NCBI RefSeq assembly: GCF_009914755.1
Contig: NC_060929.1
Length of the DNA stretch: 64,000 nucleotides
Source of the DNA: the human T2T-CHM13v2.0 reference genome, Homo sapiens
Reading direction: 5' to 3' (one strand)
How positions within the stretch are numbered: the stretch's first letter is position 1; every line of letters starts with the position of its first letter. Below are positions 57,449 through 64,000 of this stretch, in pieces. The position numbers and the translations under genes were made by a program. The notes below the pieces were generated by a model, which saw nothing but the letters and a program-made list of their open reading frames with translations, had not been told where the DNA came from and ran no database searches.

Positions 57449-57880
57449 CTATTTGGTGTCTGTATTTCATTCAGAAGGCTAACACTGTGGCCAAGCGTGG
57501 CCAGCAACTTCTCTGAAACGAGTTGAAGGCACAGTCAATGGGGCACTCTTGAGCTGTGAGCCACTGGGCACCCCTTCACTCACGCGGATTTCACTTAGAG
57601 CACTTTAAATTTCCAAATGAAATGCAACATTTTTGTTTTTTATGAAATGCTAGACTTAAAAGCTGGGAAAAACAAGACACCAGTCATGTCACCAAATCTA
57701 GTATTATTTTACTCTCAAAGATTATCAAGCCCAAAGCACACGGCACTGCCTCATTATTTAATCAATATAATATTCAATCCTCAAAGGATTTGTGGTGAAA
57801 AAATATTAAGATTATGTATTTTTTAAGAATGGTAAACACCAGGAGGAGGAAAGTACATCCTTGAAATACTCAATATATAA

Positions 57881-57884
<4 letters not shown>

Positions 57885-57927
<43 letters not shown>
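57885..57927. repeat. (CA)n(TA)n microsatellite
   Basis: Read directly. Confidence 0.95.
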
Positions 57928-58217
57928 ATACATATTATTTATGTCTTCTAACCCCAGTTCAAGTTAATCTGCTTTCTTTGTATTCCCCGTAATGCCTTGC
58001 ACAAATGATACACATGATAGGCATTCGATAAATCCATGTTGAATCTACTGCCACCTACTATCTGGTCCAGACAGTAGTTAAAAACATTTCTCATTGTGTG
58101 AGACAAATGCTATTGAAGGTGTGTGAAATGAAGTAGATCACAAACACAGCATTACATAACGCTAACTTACACAGTGAGCAAGTTATTCTATTTTCAGTTT
58201 TCTCTCAATCCTTCTGA

Positions 58218-58858
<641 letters not shown>

Positions 58859-60490
58859 AAGGAGAAAGTTTTAGTTTGGCACTGGTATGCGGTTGCCACC
58901 TCTCTAACCCTGACATCTCTTTCAGAAAAAGAGAACAGGCCTCAAACTCAGATCCTTTTTAGCATTTAAAGTCTAAACTCCATTGTTTTGTCTCCACAGT
59001 TTTGAATGGAGTCTCCTATTTATAGCATGGGATATCTTGTTTCCTTCTATAATACATTTATTTAAATTAAAATGTAGGTCAACTTTTTTTAAGATTTGGT
59101 AAATTTTAGAAAAGTGGGTTCACAGATAACCCAAGTGGGTGAAGCACTGCTTGAAAGATATATTTTTTAAATTGTTTATCTCTAAACCCTGGTGAACATC
59201 TTTGGCCTGGAGCTTTGCATGCACAATCCATGGATCAACAGTAGTCAAGCTAGCACTAGTTCTGGAAAAGGGGTGAGGAGCAGGAAGAAGGAAGCAGTCT
59301 AGACAGTGATGCCAAAAACCAAAAAACCCAAAAACCCACGAGTTTCATAAACACACAAGTCCCCCATAAATCAACTCAAATACCCAGGCATGCCTCACTC
59401 ACCCCTACCTCACAGACTGCTCTGTGGCCTGTCTCAGATCATTGCTTTACCTGATTTCACCGGAGTAAATGCTCAGCTGTGGAAGGGGCAGACCACATGA
59501 CTCATCCTAGACAAACAGCCTCTGAAGATTTGGACCTCACTTTTCCTAACCATGACTCAACATATTGAAGCTCATTATTTGTATTTATCTTTGAGCTATG
59601 TTTGAAATGGAGATCACAGCCTCAATTTGGTGATCTTAAATGTTAGCAGAAACTAATCTAAATTCCTAGCGTTAGGAATTCCTGGGGAAATCAAACCAGG
59701 GAAATTACATGACACATGGCCAAGAATGTATGTAAGAAGTAATTACGCTGAAATTCCTTTGTTATCTATTAATATCAACTGCATGGCACTGTGTCAGCAT
59801 GGGGATAAACAAGTGGCCCTGCTGGTTCAATTGTTCAATTCTTTCATTCGAAAGGAGATAAGACAAAACAATAGATTCCTCTTTGGGGAGAAATGGCCTC
59901 TTATTTTTGTGGTAAACAAAATAGCTTTTTGGATAAGTCCTTTCATCATTTGATCCATTGACGGCTGAGGTTAGAATTTCAAGATATTTATCCTGAACAG
60001 AAGTGGTAGGAGAGAAAAATAGCAGATGTAGAGTAAAAGGTGGTTCCAAATGTTAGGAATGAGATTTACAAGGGAGCAGGGTTAGAGCCAAAAGAAGTAA
60101 AAGTAAGGCAAGAGGACTAGAAATGAAGCTACCCAGGCTGACTGTCTTCAGGTAAAGATTAAAGGAGCTTAGACACTACCATAAGTCATTTAAACAATTG
60201 CACAAGAAGTAATTATTAAATACATTTTATTTGATTAATAAATATGTACAGATATATAAAATTGGTGCATGCTTAATTCTTCAAACCAGTCTTTTAGACT
60301 TTGCATTAATGGGATGCTCTAGCTAGTCTCTAAGAATAAAGCCGGTAGAATCCATGGTCATAATCCTGTCTGGTCTGCCAAAGACCTGGGTAACCCCAGT
60401 AACACTGACAACACAGCCAGGGAAGAAGTGGACTGCCACTTGCTACTTTGACATTTCAAATTTTATATTTTCAATAAAAACTGTGCTGTT

Positions 60491-60802
<312 letters not shown>

Positions 60803-61449
60803 CTGTGCTGTCATGGTTTTTGGAAAATATATTCACATACCACATGAGAATATATTTGAGATAAGTCAAAAGATCTTACTTATTTAAAGTAAGCCAATGG
60901 AAACCTTTCTTTCTTTGTTACCAATAAAGCTGCAGTAGAATAACTTCTAAATACAGACTAAATATACTTAAATATCATCCATATTATTATAAAGTTAAAA
61001 TGAAGTTATATAAATAGTAATAAATACAACAAAGACAGTGACCAAGAAATTGATCATTTCTTATATGAGCTAGCAAGCATATCTCAAAGTCCTACACTGT
61101 ACACTATAATTTGAATTTATTCCTCTGTAAAAAGTCATAATCCCACATTCCAGAGGTTTAAACTCCCCAAATCTGAGTGAGCAAATACCATGTAGTGAGG
61201 CTATTCTATACTTTCATAAATTTGATTTAAAAATTATATGTTAATATTTATGGTAAACTGTGCAATGAGGCAATGTAGATATCTATGCATAACCACAACT
61301 ATAAAAGGGTAAGTCTGAGTCTTTTTTATTTGTTGACATATTTAAAGTGATTTTCATATGTTCAGATTTCACAAATATTGAATTTTACAAATGGAAATTA
61401 CCTTGGAGATCCTCCTTGAAAAGACAGAAATCCAATAAAGTATAATTGT

Positions 61450-61800
61450 TAGACCTGGGAAACACCCTAGCTGGTATGCTACGCATTAGATATCTGACTT
61501 TGAGCAAAGTTCTTAGTTTGCTGAGATTCCATAGGAAACAGCAAAGCTAACTGTATTTACCTTTCAGGGCTTTTTTGAGGGTATGATGGAGTATTGCGTG
61601 TCAAGCTTGTAACACTGCCTGGCACAGAATACGGGCTTAATAAACACAAGCTGTTGTCATCAGTATCATCAACAATAGCTTCGTTAACCTAGAAAGGTTA
61701 AGTGAGGACTTGACCATGATCAAACAGCTGTAATAGTAAATGGCAGAGTTAGGGCTTGCATTAAGGTTTCCTGAATTTTCATACAGTGCTATTCCCACTA
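61450..61800. mobile_element. MIR fragments (both orientations)
   Basis: tgactttgagcaaagt...actgcctggcacagaat...ttaataaa on the + strand, then aggttaagtg...ttgaccatgatcaaacagct...tggcagagttaggg on the - strand. Confidence 0.6.
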
Positions 61801-62952
61801 AACCACAACTGCCACTGATGTTTCATCCAGTTTTTAAGATCACATTTTTAAAAGACTGATTAATGTGGTGTACCCTGCAGCTTCTGTTCAGCTTCATTTC
61901 AACTTTTCAGTGAAGCCACGGGAACCGTGTGTGATGTGAGATGAAACTGCAGTTGAACGGGGTCTTTAAGCCCGTTAGAGAAATTTCTCTTGTGTTCCAT
62001 TAGTTTAATTATGACATAGTTAAACAGACGCTGAGAAATTTCAAACCTGGGAACATTTGCCCACAGAGGCACGCAGGCCCTGGCAGTAGCTCTTAATCAC
62101 ATTCCTCAGTCAGGTGTCAAGCAGAACACAGGCACAAGCACACAAGCAAGTTTTGTTTAGTATACCTCAAAAAGCCAGCCAAGTGGCAAATGTGGACATC
62201 TGTTCTAGACTGTGGCTGTCCTGTTTTTTCAGTCTAATCTGTCAAGATAACCATTTCCCCATTCTCTTAAACAAACACAGACTTCCTTGTTTAAACACTA
62301 TAACAGTTCTAACAGAACACACAGCTTTTAATCATTCTGTGTTAAGTACACTGGCAAGAGTCTGAGAAAAGAATCAAAACATCTTAAATGTAAACTGGCT
62401 GATTTTGCTACTTTGCAAATCCCAGGAAACAGAAAAAAGAAACCTGAAATTCCAGATAAAAGGAGTACAACATTGTAGGAGAGACTGCAGTGAATTTTAC
62501 ATTTTTAATTGAATTGGAAATGCAATTGTGAACCCAGTTCAGCTTCTAATGAAAAGAGCGATCTGATCATGTTTTATTTTTTCTTCGAAGTTTTGCAAAT
62601 TTAAGTTCATTTGTTCCAATGGTTTTGTATATATTTATAAAGGCAACACTAACGCTTGAGCAGAGTGATATTTTCAGGAAAGCTATTTAAACACAGAGCA
62701 AAGTTACTTCTCTACTAACTCTCTTGAAAGCCCTTTAGCATAAAGCTCTGTCATAGTGCAGAGCACATTTTTTTCCATATAATATTTGAGAATAAAAATG
62801 TGAAGGGTGGGGAGAAAACCTGTCACGGTGGAATAAGCAGGAATATTGACAACACTGAAGTTCGGGTGTGCTTCCTGAGCCTCGATACTTACTCTTCATT
62901 TCACTTGCAAAATATCCAGGCTCACCCTGAGATATGAAAAAGTTAAAATTTA

Positions 62953-63316
<364 letters not shown>

Positions 63317-63493
63317 TAATTCAAATTCTACATTGTCCATGCTTGAGTGTGGTTCATGGACAGGTTTTCATCCCAACCAACTTAAGGTCATATCCCGGTT
63401 CTATGACTTAATTGTGACTGTACACAAGTTAATAAACTTCTCTGAGCCTTTTCTATGAAATGAGGATAAAAAAGTATCTTACAGAGTTCTTGA

Positions 63494-63841
<348 letters not shown>

Positions 63842-63846
63842 TAGCA

Positions 63847-64000
63847 CTTTATTTTATTTTATTTTATTTTATTTTTGAGATGGAGTCTCACTCTGTCGCC
63901 CAGGCTGGAGTGCAGTGGCACAATCTCGGCTCACTGCAAGCTCTGCCTCCTGGGTTCACGCCATTCTCCTGCCTCAGCCTCCTGAATCACCGGGACTACC
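63847..64000 (-). mobile_element. AluY (runs off the window edge)
   Basis: Y diagnostics cactgcaagctc and gggttcacgccattctcc, with a (TTTTA)n tail. Confidence 0.9.

Overview
This is non-coding primate DNA, almost certainly human, because it carries a near-consensus AluYa5. It looks intergenic or deep intronic. I found no credible protein-coding gene, RNA gene, CpG island or CRISPR array. The ORF track is explained by Alu, LTR and L1 sequence or by chance, and the only recognisable protein is a dead L1 ORF2 C-terminal remnant (51769-52113). The window holds about 33 Alu copies or fragments (FAM, J, S, Y, Ya5), old L1, L2 and MIR pieces, solo LTRs (LTR12, MER52/LTR27-28 group, MLT1, LTR16/33-like) and hAT DNA-transposon relics (MER58A, MER5A, a Blackjack-type MITE). 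The most unusual structures not explained by repeat families are: (1) a ~70-bp inverted local duplication at 28965-30030 whose two arms each independently gained an AluS at almost the same site; (2) a ~205-bp non-tandem direct duplication (9896-10098 / 10828-11032); (3) a 44-bp duplication that replaces an AluJ tail, close to a CpG-rich double hairpin (24172-24862); and (4) a well-formed 60-nt candidate exon (37773-37832) in a repeat-poor stretch. I see no evidence of a new multi-gene system. Repeat subfamily calls come from remembered consensus diagnostics, not a database search, and boundaries of old elements are approximate.
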